The notes: generated by a model from the letters alone, not told the origin. DNA of 32,000 bases from Candidatus Methanoperedens sp. (GCA_041494705.1 JBGQBI010000004.1:270001-302000), one strand, 5' to 3'. Counted from the first letter of the stretch, positions 8,530-17,338 are shown. Numbers and translations are program-made.

Positions 8530-9528
8530 ATGGATGTTTTCAAATTCGCTTATTTTCCTTTTGTTAATGGCGCTGTAAAATATGTAGAAGCACTGGATTT
8601 CAAACTTGAAGAGCTTTTTTCAGAGAGGGTGTTTGAACAGGTGAGGGAGCGGGGAAAACAACGGGTACTTTCAGCTATAGGCGACGGCATCACCTCAAAT
8701 GCGCATCCTGACCGTGTGAGCGCTGAAAAAGAACTGCTGTCCTATCCTGTTGCACGAATACTTGTCTCCTGCATCAATGACGGATACCTCGTTAAGCGGT
8801 ATGCCCTTGCCGAGGCAAAATCAGCATACGAGCGGCTAAAAGAACTTCCAGGGGAAGAGCTTAAGGAACTGGCTCTTGATTTTGATATCGAGGCGGCATT
8901 GGCTGACCGCTCTGTCATAATTCATTTTACCGACTATATCCGTTATGCACATGTAATCCATGAACCCAAATGGAAGCTTGTGAACAGGAACATGGACAGG
9001 GGCAGCATATCCCTCCCAAAAGAAGATTTCTCACGCATAATGCAGGAAGCTGTCAGGAAAAGAATTGAATCAAGCCTGCCGCTTGTTGTGCCGCCTGAGA
9101 TATGTGGCTCCCTTGAAAGTCATCTTGAGGAAATACGCAATTCACTGACGGCGCGCAAATCCGAGTTCAGCATCGAAGAGTTCAAGGAAATAATGCCTGA
9201 TTGTTTCCCCCCGTGCATGGTCCATGCCCTCTCCAATGCAAAGGGGGGCGTGAATCTCCCGCATTCGATGCGCTTTGCACTCGTTTCATTCCTGCTCAAT
9301 ATCGGGATGAATACGGATGGGATTATCGAGCTTTTCAAGGTCTCGCCGGATTTTGATGAGGAGCGCACAAGGTATCAGGTGATGCACATCCATGGCGCCA
9401 CCGGTACGGCTTATACGTCCCCTTCATGCGCCACCATGATAACCTACGGGAATTGTTTCGGGAAGGAGGCGCTGTGCGAGAGGATTTCGCATCCTTTGAA
9501 TTATTACAGGAGGAAGGCATGGATCTGA
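8530..9528 (+). CDS. priL: DNA primase large subunit PriL
   Basis: The sequence is PriL-like, with a Cys-containing Fe-S region (CFPPC ... SCATMITYGNCFGKEALC). It starts 2 nt after the PCNA stop. Confidence 0.8.
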   Translation: MDVFKFAYFPFVNGAVKYVEALDFKLEELFSERVFEQVRERGKQRVLSAIGDGITSNAHPDRVSAEKELLSYPVARILVSCINDGYLVKRYALAEAKSAYERLKELPGEELKELALDFDIEAALADRSVIIHFTDYIRYAHVIHEPKWKLVNRNMDRGSISLPKEDFSRIMQEAVRKRIESSLPLVVPPEICGSLESHLEEIRNSLTARKSEFSIEEFKEIMPDCFPPCMVHALSNAKGGVNLPHSMRFALVSFLLNIGMNTDGIIELFKVSPDFDEERTRYQVMHIHGATGTAYTSPSCATMITYGNCFGKEALCERISHPLNYYRRKAWI

Positions 9529-9568
9529 AAAAGGGGAAGCCTGAGGGGAATTGAGAATAGCTGAGAAT

Positions 9569-9598
9569 ATTTAGAAACGGTTTCAATGGGTGTTGGTA
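9569..9598. repeat. Left boundary repeat of the AT-rich insertion
   Basis: ATTTAGAAA (9569-9577) and GTTTCAAT (9580-9587) recur as direct copies at 10848-10856 and 10811-10818. GTGTTGGTA (9590-9598) recurs inverted at 10820-10828. Confidence 0.4.
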
Positions 9599-9608
9599 GT
9601 TATCCTAT

Positions 9609-10724
9609 GTGGCTTTCTATCGGATTGGTCATAAGATTGATGTCAATGAAGTACAATCAAATAGATTCAGTAGAGAAAAAGAACTACCAATTGTTGTAAA
9701 AAGAATGAATCCTATGTCTGAAAAAAATAATATTCAAGAAAATATTAAAATAATATTTGACATTGAACGCAATAATTATTCATCAGATAGATTTAGTTAT
9801 ATTAAGAGAATTGAATCTCCAGATTCTAATAATTTTCATTTGGAATGGGAAACACATACAACCCTAAAAAAATTATTCAATAATATTGAAAAAGACCCAA
9901 AATCCAGAGAAATATTTATTGATGTCCTAAAAAAAGAGTTACTAAATAGCAGCAGGGCTTCATCTTTGGCATTCTATTTTTTGCTGAAAATTGGGAAGAA
10001 TTTAGATATCATTCTAACAATTGATAAGAGAATTGACCTGATTAAGATAAATCTTTATGATGTTTATATAAACGACTTATTCAAAGATATTCAAAAGTTC
10101 ATGCACTATGAACCTGTGTATTTTGATGATGGGACTTTAGTATTCTTGAAAGCATTAAATGAACGAGTAGGTAGTACTTCTTACAACCCTCAATATGAAT
10201 TTGATAGGGAAATTAATTCAATAAGATACAACAGATTAAAAAATGAGCTTGAGGGGGGTAATGAGGAAATAAATATTCATAAAGAACAAGTAATCGATAT
10301 GAGTTCAAAATTTGGTTTTCCTTCTGAGCTTGGAAGATTTTTATTAGAAATTGATAAAGCATCTGAATTACCTGATTGGGAATCAATCAATAGTGGAATG
10401 ATAAGTAATCTAAGAGCGTTTTTTGAAGATTTAACAAAAAATATTGCAGCAACTGTTAAACAAATTACTAATAAAGAGTATCCAAAAGACTCTAAAAAAG
10501 GTGAAATGGGTAATTTAAGACATTACATTAAAGATAATCTAAAGTTATCAGATTATGATGATAAATTGGTTGATGCTTTTGTAGAAATTTTGCATAAAGA
10601 AGGGGGGCATGCTTTTTTATCTGAGAAAAGATATTTTTTACTAACTAAGAATATTGGAATAGAAATTGCTTACTTTTTATTGTCAAAATTAAAAGATTTA
10701 TCAGCAGGAAAATTGAAAAGTTAA
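9609..10724 (+). CDS. Orphan protein encoded in the AT-rich island; function unknown
   Basis: This is a long open frame in very AT-rich DNA, which is stop-codon-prone, so it is probably coding. The product is rich in Lys, Asn, Ile and Glu, and I recognise no motif. The track start is GTG 9609; the first ATG is at 9705. Confidence 0.6.
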   Translation: MAFYRIGHKIDVNEVQSNRFSREKELPIVVKRMNPMSEKNNIQENIKIIFDIERNNYSSDRFSYIKRIESPDSNNFHLEWETHTTLKKLFNNIEKDPKSREIFIDVLKKELLNSSRASSLAFYFLLKIGKNLDIILTIDKRIDLIKINLYDVYINDLFKDIQKFMHYEPVYFDDGTLVFLKALNERVGSTSYNPQYEFDREINSIRYNRLKNELEGGNEEINIHKEQVIDMSSKFGFPSELGRFLLEIDKASELPDWESINSGMISNLRAFFEDLTKNIAATVKQITNKEYPKDSKKGEMGNLRHYIKDNLKLSDYDDKLVDAFVEILHKEGGHAFLSEKRYFLLTKNIGIEIAYFLLSKLKDLSAGKLKS

Positions 10725-10810
10725 ATTTTATATGTGTTTCTCTAAATGACCATATCGATATTATCTGTGCAATATTGGCGAAAAATTTTTTAATATTCAT
10801 TTTTAGGGTT

Positions 10811-10857
10811 GTTTCAATTTACCAACACGTAATGTAACGGTCTCAACATTTAGAAAT
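10811..10857. repeat. Right boundary repeat of the AT-rich insertion
   Basis: The reverse complement of 9569-9598 aligned to 10820-10849 gives 22/30 identities, including an exact 9-mer. A direct ATTTAGAAA copy sits at 10848-10856. Confidence 0.4.
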
Positions 10858-10890
10858 CTTTTTATCCAATTATCCCATTTCGCCACTCCT

Positions 10891-12234
10891 ATGAAAAAAT
10901 TTTTGATAATTATACTATTATTGATTTTGGTATCAAACACCGCCTCTGCGGTCTCTGAAATCACATTAAACGACGTCAAAAAACCACAAAGCGCCATCCT
11001 TTTTATCGTTGACGGTTTCGGCTCCTCGTATTATTATCCTGAACTCTTGCCTCTCGCCCTTGATGGCGCTGAAATACCCAAAGCAATAACACAAAACCTT
11101 ACCTTCGGGGCAAGGGTAATAAACATTAAAACCCCAACTCCTGTCACCGGAATAGCGCATTCGGTGATAGTCACAGGCGATTCGAAAGCAAACGAGGAAA
11201 TCGTTGGCTATCCCGACGCAACGATTTTTGACGTTACAAGGCAGCACGGCTTCGTTAATCTTGCAGTAATGGAAACCGGCGATTTTTCGAACATGAGGGC
11301 GGAGCAGGATATAATCCTGTTCGCGGAGAATAATTCACTTGACAGGCCACTGATTTCTATCCAGACAAAAAATGCGCCATCGGGTGTTTATGAACTGATG
11401 TATGACTGGAAAATGAAAATGCCTTCATATTTGAACAACCTATCCGGGATAGAGAGGTATTCTGCTTACAATAAATGGAGCATCGACGCTACCAATGCAG
11501 TCGCTGGCGCCATGATAAAAAATCACCCGAATCAAAAATTCCTGCTCACAGTGAATGTGGGAGAAATAGATGCCGGAGCTCACAATCTGGGTGCTGACGA
11601 TTATGTGAAGTTAATCGAAGACCTTGACCGGGATTTTTATCCCCTGTACAGAACCGCTTCCGATAACGATATCGCCTTATTTTTAACAGCAGATCACGGC
11701 ATGTCCTTTGCCACGAAAAATGCGAAAAGAGGTGGGCATTCGGGTGATAAATACGTTTCAAAGCAGGAAAGCCTGAGGATACCTCTCGTCATCCTCTCCC
11801 CAAATGCGGTATCCGGGGTTGTATCAGGAGAATACGGCCAGGAGGATATTGCACCCACGCTTCTCAGCGTGCTTGACCTGCCTGATAATCTCCAGTACGC
11901 TGACGGCAAAGCAATCAATGTCAAAAATTATGCCAGCATATTCGTAAAAGCCGATTCGAAATACACGGTTTCATTATGGGATAATGGCAGGAAACTATCA
12001 GAAAACTCTGATTCCGAGCTTATTTTTGCAGGACTGCCCCTGAATTCAAGTTATACCCTGAAGGCAACGGGTTCAGGGAGCACTTTTGAAGAACAGGTTT
12101 CTCTTGATTCGGATAAACAGTTCAATTTCAAAAATGCGAATTCGGGACTCAATACCAGAAGCATTGCCGCGATTATCCTGATATTGGTTGTTATTATCGG
12201 AGGGATATTTGTCATAAAGAGGATAAGGGATTGA
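10891..12234 (+). CDS. Extracellular alkaline-phosphatase-superfamily enzyme (type I phosphodiesterase / nucleotide pyrophosphatase-like), membrane-anchored
   Basis: A signal peptide is present (KKFLIIILLLILVSNTASA). NPP-like motifs are FIVDGFGS, TPTPVTGIAHSVIVTG (nucleophile Thr ... H..IVTG) and TADHGM. A C-terminal TM helix is present (IAAIILILVVIIGGIFVI). Confidence 0.7.
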   Translation: MKKFLIIILLLILVSNTASAVSEITLNDVKKPQSAILFIVDGFGSSYYYPELLPLALDGAEIPKAITQNLTFGARVINIKTPTPVTGIAHSVIVTGDSKANEEIVGYPDATIFDVTRQHGFVNLAVMETGDFSNMRAEQDIILFAENNSLDRPLISIQTKNAPSGVYELMYDWKMKMPSYLNNLSGIERYSAYNKWSIDATNAVAGAMIKNHPNQKFLLTVNVGEIDAGAHNLGADDYVKLIEDLDRDFYPLYRTASDNDIALFLTADHGMSFATKNAKRGGHSGDKYVSKQESLRIPLVILSPNAVSGVVSGEYGQEDIAPTLLSVLDLPDNLQYADGKAINVKNYASIFVKADSKYTVSLWDNGRKLSENSDSELIFAGLPLNSSYTLKATGSGSTFEEQVSLDSDKQFNFKNANSGLNTRSIAAIILILVVIIGGIFVIKRIRD

Positions 12235-12239
12235 TAGGC

Positions 12240-13235
12240 CTATTGTTTCGCCACATATATCCCATCCACCACCCTTTCCATCCTCACATACACCTCCGCG
12301 CCAACGGGAACCCTATCGGCTTCCACAATCGTTAGTACCCTGTCCCGCGCAACTGCAAGCTTCTCGCCCTTCATCCAGCCGGGTCCTGCGACCTTTACCT
12401 TTACCCTTTCATGTCTTTTGAACACGCGCGGCAGGGGCTTGCACTCATGACTTCCGAAATCCTGCGGCGTGAGAACAAGCTTTGTATTATAAATTTTTTC
12501 CCACTCCCTGAGCCTGGAATAGAAGTTTTCCCAGTTCATTGCCCTGATATCCGGCTTCCTCCCATACTTATGAGGCAGGAACTTCTGTATTCCGAGAGCA
12601 GGCCATTTTTTCCCTGCGCCTATCGAAAGCGCAAACTCGATTAATTTTGGGATCTCGGCATCATTAATACCCGGAAGCCACACCGGCGCAATAAGAAGGT
12701 CGATATTGGTATCTCTGGCGATATATTCAGCGCTCTTTAGAACTTTTTCAAGATCGTATGAATCTGTCCCTGCAATCCTTTTCGCAAGGTCGGGATCGAG
12801 GGATTCGATGGACATGTTGATACGTGAAAGCCCGGCTTTATCAAGCGCATCGATGAGTCCGGTTGTAAGCAGAGTGCCGTTTGTCTGCATGGAGACGGTG
12901 TTTACGCGGCTGTTTGCAGCCAAACCCCCTACGAGTTCAACAAGCTCAGGGTACATTGCTGGTTCCCCGACCGTATCGATATGCGCCTCGATGCCAGCGC
13001 CCTTGTAAGATGCTGCCCATTCGAACGCTGAAAGCAATTGCGTAAGGTCAACCATATACTCGGAAATCCGTCTGCCGGAGTGGGGACCGGCATCAGTTGA
13101 GCAGAAGACACAGGATAAAGGGCACTCGCTATAGGGGCGAAGCTGCAATACATTCGTTCCGCGGTCGATGATACCGAATGCGATACACCCGAAAAGAGGG
13201 ATGTCGCGGATGAGGATGTGATTACATTTTGCCAT
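12240..13235 (-). CDS. Radical SAM protein
   Basis: A CxxxCxxC cluster motif (CPLSCVFCS) lies near the N-terminus. The product appears to have a TIM-barrel-like middle and a small C-terminal beta domain. Confidence 0.8.
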   Translation of the reverse strand: MAKCNHILIRDIPLFGCIAFGIIDRGTNVLQLRPYSECPLSCVFCSTDAGPHSGRRISEYMVDLTQLLSAFEWAASYKGAGIEAHIDTVGEPAMYPELVELVGGLAANSRVNTVSMQTNGTLLTTGLIDALDKAGLSRINMSIESLDPDLAKRIAGTDSYDLEKVLKSAEYIARDTNIDLLIAPVWLPGINDAEIPKLIEFALSIGAGKKWPALGIQKFLPHKYGRKPDIRAMNWENFYSRLREWEKIYNTKLVLTPQDFGSHECKPLPRVFKRHERVKVKVAGPGWMKGEKLAVARDRVLTIVEADRVPVGAEVYVRMERVVDGIYVAKQ

Positions 13236-13376
13236 TTTCTACCAGTTTGATGAACCCGATAACATATCAATCCTTTTTATTTCGTGATAGCAAGAACCTC
13301 ACCGCCTTTTAAGGCGGAGGATGAATTTAGAGACTTAATTCTTTCTGGGTAAATGAATCCAGATAAGGATAATCGA

Positions 13377-13516
13377 CCACAGAGCACACAGAGAGCACAG
13401 AGTTTTGTAATAGTTCTCTGTAAGCCGAAACTTCGGCTTGCGCAGTGTTGGGGTATGTCGCACATACCCCTTATTTGATAAACCTTTTCAAAGGTTTTCC
13501 TCTGTGCACTCTGTGG
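13377..13516. repeat. MITE-like composite palindromic element (CACAGAG-unit arms flanking internal hairpins)
   Basis: The left arm is CCACAGAGCACACAGAGAGCACAGAG (13377-13402). The right arm is CCTCTGTGCACTCTGTGG (13499-13516); its reverse complement matches the left arm at 16/18 positions. Internal hairpins lie at 13422-13439, 13450-13470 (9-bp stem) and 13480-13497. A TTTTTT run follows the element. Confidence 0.6.
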
Positions 13517-13609
13517 TTTTTTAAACCAGAAGATAATAAAAATTCTCTGAATTTATACGGAAAAGCTAATCAATCACAAGGTAAGTTTATACTCAATAGG
13601 GGTACAGCT

Positions 13610-14287
13610 ATGTTAAACTCCGGCAAAAAAAATGAAAACCTGTTTTGGGATAAAGAATATGAGAGCAACATGCGCATTTGGGGGGACAGGCCGAGTGAGT
13701 TAGCTATCATTGCAGTCAAATATCTACAAAATCATCGGTTAAACGACAAATTCTTGCGCATATTAGATATTGGTTGTGGTTACGGTAGGGATTGCTTATA
13801 TCTGGCAAAACATCTCAATTGCTCCGTTTTAGGAATTGATACTTCTCAAAAGGCATTAGAAATTTTAGCAAAATCTTTAGTTGGTCCCTGCGCGAAGGCG
13901 ATTCAATTCAGGTGCTGTAATTTTATGGATATGAACCAGTGTAAATATGACATAGTGTTTGCCTCTAACCTGTACCAGATATTAAATAGAAAGCAAAGAG
14001 AAGAGCTTAGAAAAAAAATTACTAATCTACTCAAGCCTCAGGGTTTGCTATTTCTAAATAATCTCTCCACAAATGACCCGGAAGAATATGGCAAAGGCGA
14101 ACCCTGTCCCGATGAACCCCATTCGTTTAAAAGTGATAAGTATCTCCATTTCTGTACCAGAGAAGAGTTAGAGGAGGATTTCAGGTTTCTCTCTATTAAG
14201 GAACTGTACGAGCATAAGTACGATGAACCCAGAGTTCAGGGGGACACACACCATCACATTTCATGGATACTAATAGGGAGCGGGTAA
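13610..14287 (+). CDS. Class I SAM-dependent methyltransferase
   Basis: Motif I is present (RILDIGCGYGRD). The track start at 13445 would translate the repeat element, so I prefer ATG 13610 (MLNSGKKNENLFWDKEYE...). The gene is lower in GC than its neighbours. Confidence 0.8.
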   Translation: MLNSGKKNENLFWDKEYESNMRIWGDRPSELAIIAVKYLQNHRLNDKFLRILDIGCGYGRDCLYLAKHLNCSVLGIDTSQKALEILAKSLVGPCAKAIQFRCCNFMDMNQCKYDIVFASNLYQILNRKQREELRKKITNLLKPQGLLFLNNLSTNDPEEYGKGEPCPDEPHSFKSDKYLHFCTREELEEDFRFLSIKELYEHKYDEPRVQGDTHHHISWILIGSG

Positions 14288-14337
14288 AGATGGAGGCAGC
14301 TATGAATACAAAAGAACACTATGAAAATCACACAGGT

Positions 14338-14928
14338 TCATAAAAATATACACTCGCTACATCGTTTCTTCCCGCAGAACTGCTTCCCGTATTCCACGAT
14401 GAGGGCATGGAATTCCTTATACAGGGGAACGTCCCTGGGCAGTGAACTCTCAAAAACCGATTGCAGTTTCCCGTAATCGCCTTCAATCCCAAGACATTTG
14501 CATATCCTCTTCGTATATGCGTCAATGACGAAACTGGGTTTGTCAGCAGCGTATAGAACAATGCTGTCAGCCGTCTCCTGTCCTATGCCATTGAGTGAAA
14601 GAAGAATATTCCGGAGTTCATTGCCCTGTTTTTCAAGTAAATCCGGATTCCCGGAAAAAAATCTGGAGATATTCTTAAGCCTGTTTGCCTTTTGCCTGTA
14701 AAAACCTGTACATCTTACCAGCATTTCAAGCTCCTCAATACCGGCATTTGAGAGCGGTTCCGGTTCCATCAGTCCCCGCTCTTTCAGGTTCTGTATCGCC
14801 CGTTCCACATTTTCCCATTTTGTCTGCTGGGTCAGGACAGCTCCTACCACCACTTCAAAAGGAGTATCGGCTGGCCACCATTGCTGGTGCCCGAACCGGT
14901 TCAGGAGCTTATTGTAAATATCCATCAT
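14338..14928 (-). CDS. Endonuclease III-related HhH-GPD protein
   Basis: The product carries the motifs ...VGAVLTQQTKWENV... and LLSLNGIGQETADSIVLYA. The C-terminus has a Cys cluster (FCGKKRCSEC). Confidence 0.75.
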   Translation of the reverse strand: MMDIYNKLLNRFGHQQWWPADTPFEVVVGAVLTQQTKWENVERAIQNLKERGLMEPEPLSNAGIEELEMLVRCTGFYRQKANRLKNISRFFSGNPDLLEKQGNELRNILLSLNGIGQETADSIVLYAADKPSFVIDAYTKRICKCLGIEGDYGKLQSVFESSLPRDVPLYKEFHALIVEYGKQFCGKKRCSECIFL

Positions 14929-14940
14929 ACAAACTATTCT

Positions 14941-15597
14941 TCATACAAACTTTACACCAAGGTCAGAGAGCCTGTTACGGATTGCAAGATTAATCAAAAA
15001 TGGGGTAAGGGACTCGATCATATAAGAGGAGGCAAGGCCGCCTCCATCAAGGGGCCGCAAGTTCTTGATTTCGTGCGTCAATTCCATTACTGTTTTTTTT
15101 GCCCTGTCATCATCGCCGCAAACCACGACATCATAATCAAGACTCAAATCAAGAGCCGCTAATTTCTTTGCAGAAACATTATGGTATGCTGAAACCACTT
15201 TTGCGGTTTCAGGGAGAATTTCCTGGATCTCAAGCGCGGCGCTTCCCTGTTCTGGCGGAGTGTATTCAAACCATTTGTTCTTTTTCATGGGAACTACAAG
15301 CGAGATTACAATCTGGTCACTGAAACAAGGCCTGAGGTCTTTCAATAGAGTGACTACACCCTGATACGGCACCGAAAGCACAACAACATCCGCGTCGCCG
15401 ATTGCGGTTTCATTCTTGCATCCAGTTATGCCGCAGCAAAAAAACCCTTTGCTTAAGAGAGTGCCTGAATAATCGCCGGCGGCCTTGACCGCCTTTTCAA
15501 TCTCCCGCGAGCATAATAAGATTTCGTGTTTTTCAGCCCACCTGAGTGCAAAACCTTCCCCGATGCTGCCCGTGCCTCCGAGTATCGCTATTTTCAT
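14941..15597 (-). CDS. npdG: NADPH-dependent F420 reductase (NpdG-like)
   Basis: The Rossmann N-terminus (MKIAILGGTGSIGEGFALRWA) and the 218-aa length are typical of NpdG. Confidence 0.7.
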   Translation of the reverse strand: MKIAILGGTGSIGEGFALRWAEKHEILLCSREIEKAVKAAGDYSGTLLSKGFFCCGITGCKNETAIGDADVVVLSVPYQGVVTLLKDLRPCFSDQIVISLVVPMKKNKWFEYTPPEQGSAALEIQEILPETAKVVSAYHNVSAKKLAALDLSLDYDVVVCGDDDRAKKTVMELTHEIKNLRPLDGGGLASSYMIESLTPFLINLAIRNRLSDLGVKFV

Positions 15598-16511
15598 AAC
15601 TTTTCCTTCAAGATTTTACGCATCATATGCATATTTTCCCTGTGCATGGACACTATGAGGTCGCTAAGTATTGCGAAAATGAACATCTGGATTCCGGTAA
15701 CTATGAGGAGCGTTGCAAGAATAGTGAGAGGGATATGGTTGATATCTTTAAGCCATTCATCTACCACATAGATGCCAACAGCCATGCCGCTAATTGTGAG
15801 AAGCCCGCCGATTATGTTGAAATAAAAAAGAGGATTGTGCGTCCGGGCAAGCAGATAAATGGTTGATGCGATGCGAAACCCGTCCCTGATAGGCTGCAAT
15901 TTGGTGGCTGCGCCGCTTACCCTTGCAAGATAAGTTATCGGGACCTCCACGATTTTGAGGTCTTTCTTCACGCATTCAACCGTGATTTCTGTTTCCACCT
16001 CAAACCCTGTCCTGTTCAATTCGATTTGTTTGATAGCATTATTGTTAAAAGCCCTGTAACCTGAAAGTATGTCTTCAAGCCATACGCCGTATGCAAAGCC
16101 GAATATCTTGTTTAATATCCTGTTCCCGAAAAGATTTAAACCGGTAAATGCGCCTTTCTGGTAATGTGCGAACCTGTTACCGATAACGTGGTCGGCGTGA
16201 CCAGATACAACGGGTTCAAGTATTTTATCAATCTCCTCTGGAAGATACGTTCCATCCCCGTCTATCATTACCACATATTTGCTCGTTATTAATTGGAACG
16301 CCTGGCTCACGGCCTGTCCTTTCCCGGTTCCGCTCTGGATTACTACCCTTGCCCCGGCATTTTTCGCCTTCTCTACCGTACCATCCGTGCTATGACCATC
16401 GATTACAAGGATGTCTGAAAACCCCATGGACTTGAATTCTTTTATAATTCCCTCTATCGTCTTTTCCTCATTGAGCGTGGGAATTAATATACAGACTTCT
16501 TCTTTATTCAT
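15594..16511 (-). CDS. Family 2 glycosyltransferase (dolichyl-phosphate sugar synthase-like) with C-terminal TM helices
   Basis: The GT2 signature comprises ILIPTLNEE, DGHSTDGT and MIDGDGTY. Two C-terminal hydrophobic helices are present. A 4-nt overlap links it to npdG. Confidence 0.85.
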   Translation of the reverse strand: MNKEEVCILIPTLNEEKTIEGIIKEFKSMGFSDILVIDGHSTDGTVEKAKNAGARVVIQSGTGKGQAVSQAFQLITSKYVVMIDGDGTYLPEEIDKILEPVVSGHADHVIGNRFAHYQKGAFTGLNLFGNRILNKIFGFAYGVWLEDILSGYRAFNNNAIKQIELNRTGFEVETEITVECVKKDLKIVEVPITYLARVSGAATKLQPIRDGFRIASTIYLLARTHNPLFYFNIIGGLLTISGMAVGIYVVDEWLKDINHIPLTILATLLIVTGIQMFIFAILSDLIVSMHRENMHMMRKILKEKL

Positions 16512-16561
16512 TTCCCTTCCTTATTCTTTTGTTTATATTTAATATTTGGTGGCTTAATTAA

Positions 16562-17296
16562 CTACAATCTGGTTCCTGCATAAACAGTTACAATTCCAAA
16601 AGTGAGGTCGTAAAATCCGATTTCCGACAAACCGGCGCCTCTCATAAGCCTGACAAATTCATCCCTTTTTGGAAACGCCATCACGGATGAGGGCAGATAA
16701 CTATATGCACCTTCTTTTTTCGAAATAATAGCGCCTGCAAGCGGCAATATTTTATGGAAATAAAGATAATAAACCGATCTGAAAACCTTATTCTCAGGCT
16801 GGGAGAACTCAAGAATTATCACTTTTCCTCCCTTTTTAACTACGCGGTTCATTTCTTGAAGCGATTTTTTAATATCAGCGACATTCCTTATCCCGAAAGC
16901 AACAATTGCACCATCAAAAGTCCCATCTTTAAATGAAAGGTTTTCGGCATCGTTCCGGATGCACCGGATATTCCCTATATTTTGCTTTTTTATTTTCTTT
17001 TCGCATAATTGCAGCATTTCATCACAGAAATCCGATGCAATGACTTGATTCTTATTGTTATTTGAGACTTCTATCGCGACATCCCCTGTCCCGGAACAGA
17101 CATCAAGTATGTACCCTGATGGCAGTTTTGATACTGCAAACCGCCGCCAGTATCTATCCCGTCCCATGCTTAAAAGATGATTGAGAAGGTCATACTTGGG
17201 GGAAATTCCTGCAAACATTTTCCGGATGTATTCTTTTTTATGCAATTGATTCCTCTTTTTAGTGATTTTTGCCTTCGAAAGCAGGATAAAAATCAA
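16562..17296 (-). CDS. ubiE: UbiE/MenG-type (demethylmenaquinone) C-methyltransferase
   Basis: A UbiE-family N-terminal signature is present (FAGISPKYDLLNHLLSMGRDRYWRR). SAM motif I is present (ILDVCSGTGDVA). The start is a TTG in the track. Confidence 0.8.
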   Translation of the reverse strand: MIFILLSKAKITKKRNQLHKKEYIRKMFAGISPKYDLLNHLLSMGRDRYWRRFAVSKLPSGYILDVCSGTGDVAIEVSNNNKNQVIASDFCDEMLQLCEKKIKKQNIGNIRCIRNDAENLSFKDGTFDGAIVAFGIRNVADIKKSLQEMNRVVKKGGKVIILEFSQPENKVFRSVYYLYFHKILPLAGAIISKKEGAYSYLPSSVMAFPKRDEFVRLMRGAGLSEIGFYDLTFGIVTVYAGTRL

Positions 17297-17338
17297 TTTA
17301 CCAAAACTTATAACTTATCTCGATTATAAGAAGAATGT

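Noticed and set aside
13277-13609. A 62-aa minus-strand ORF (13277-13465) and the first 55 codons of the track ORF 13445-14287
   Set aside because: Both merely translate the CACAGAG-type palindromic repeat, for example ...CALCVLCG.... The methyltransferase homology begins after ATG 13610.
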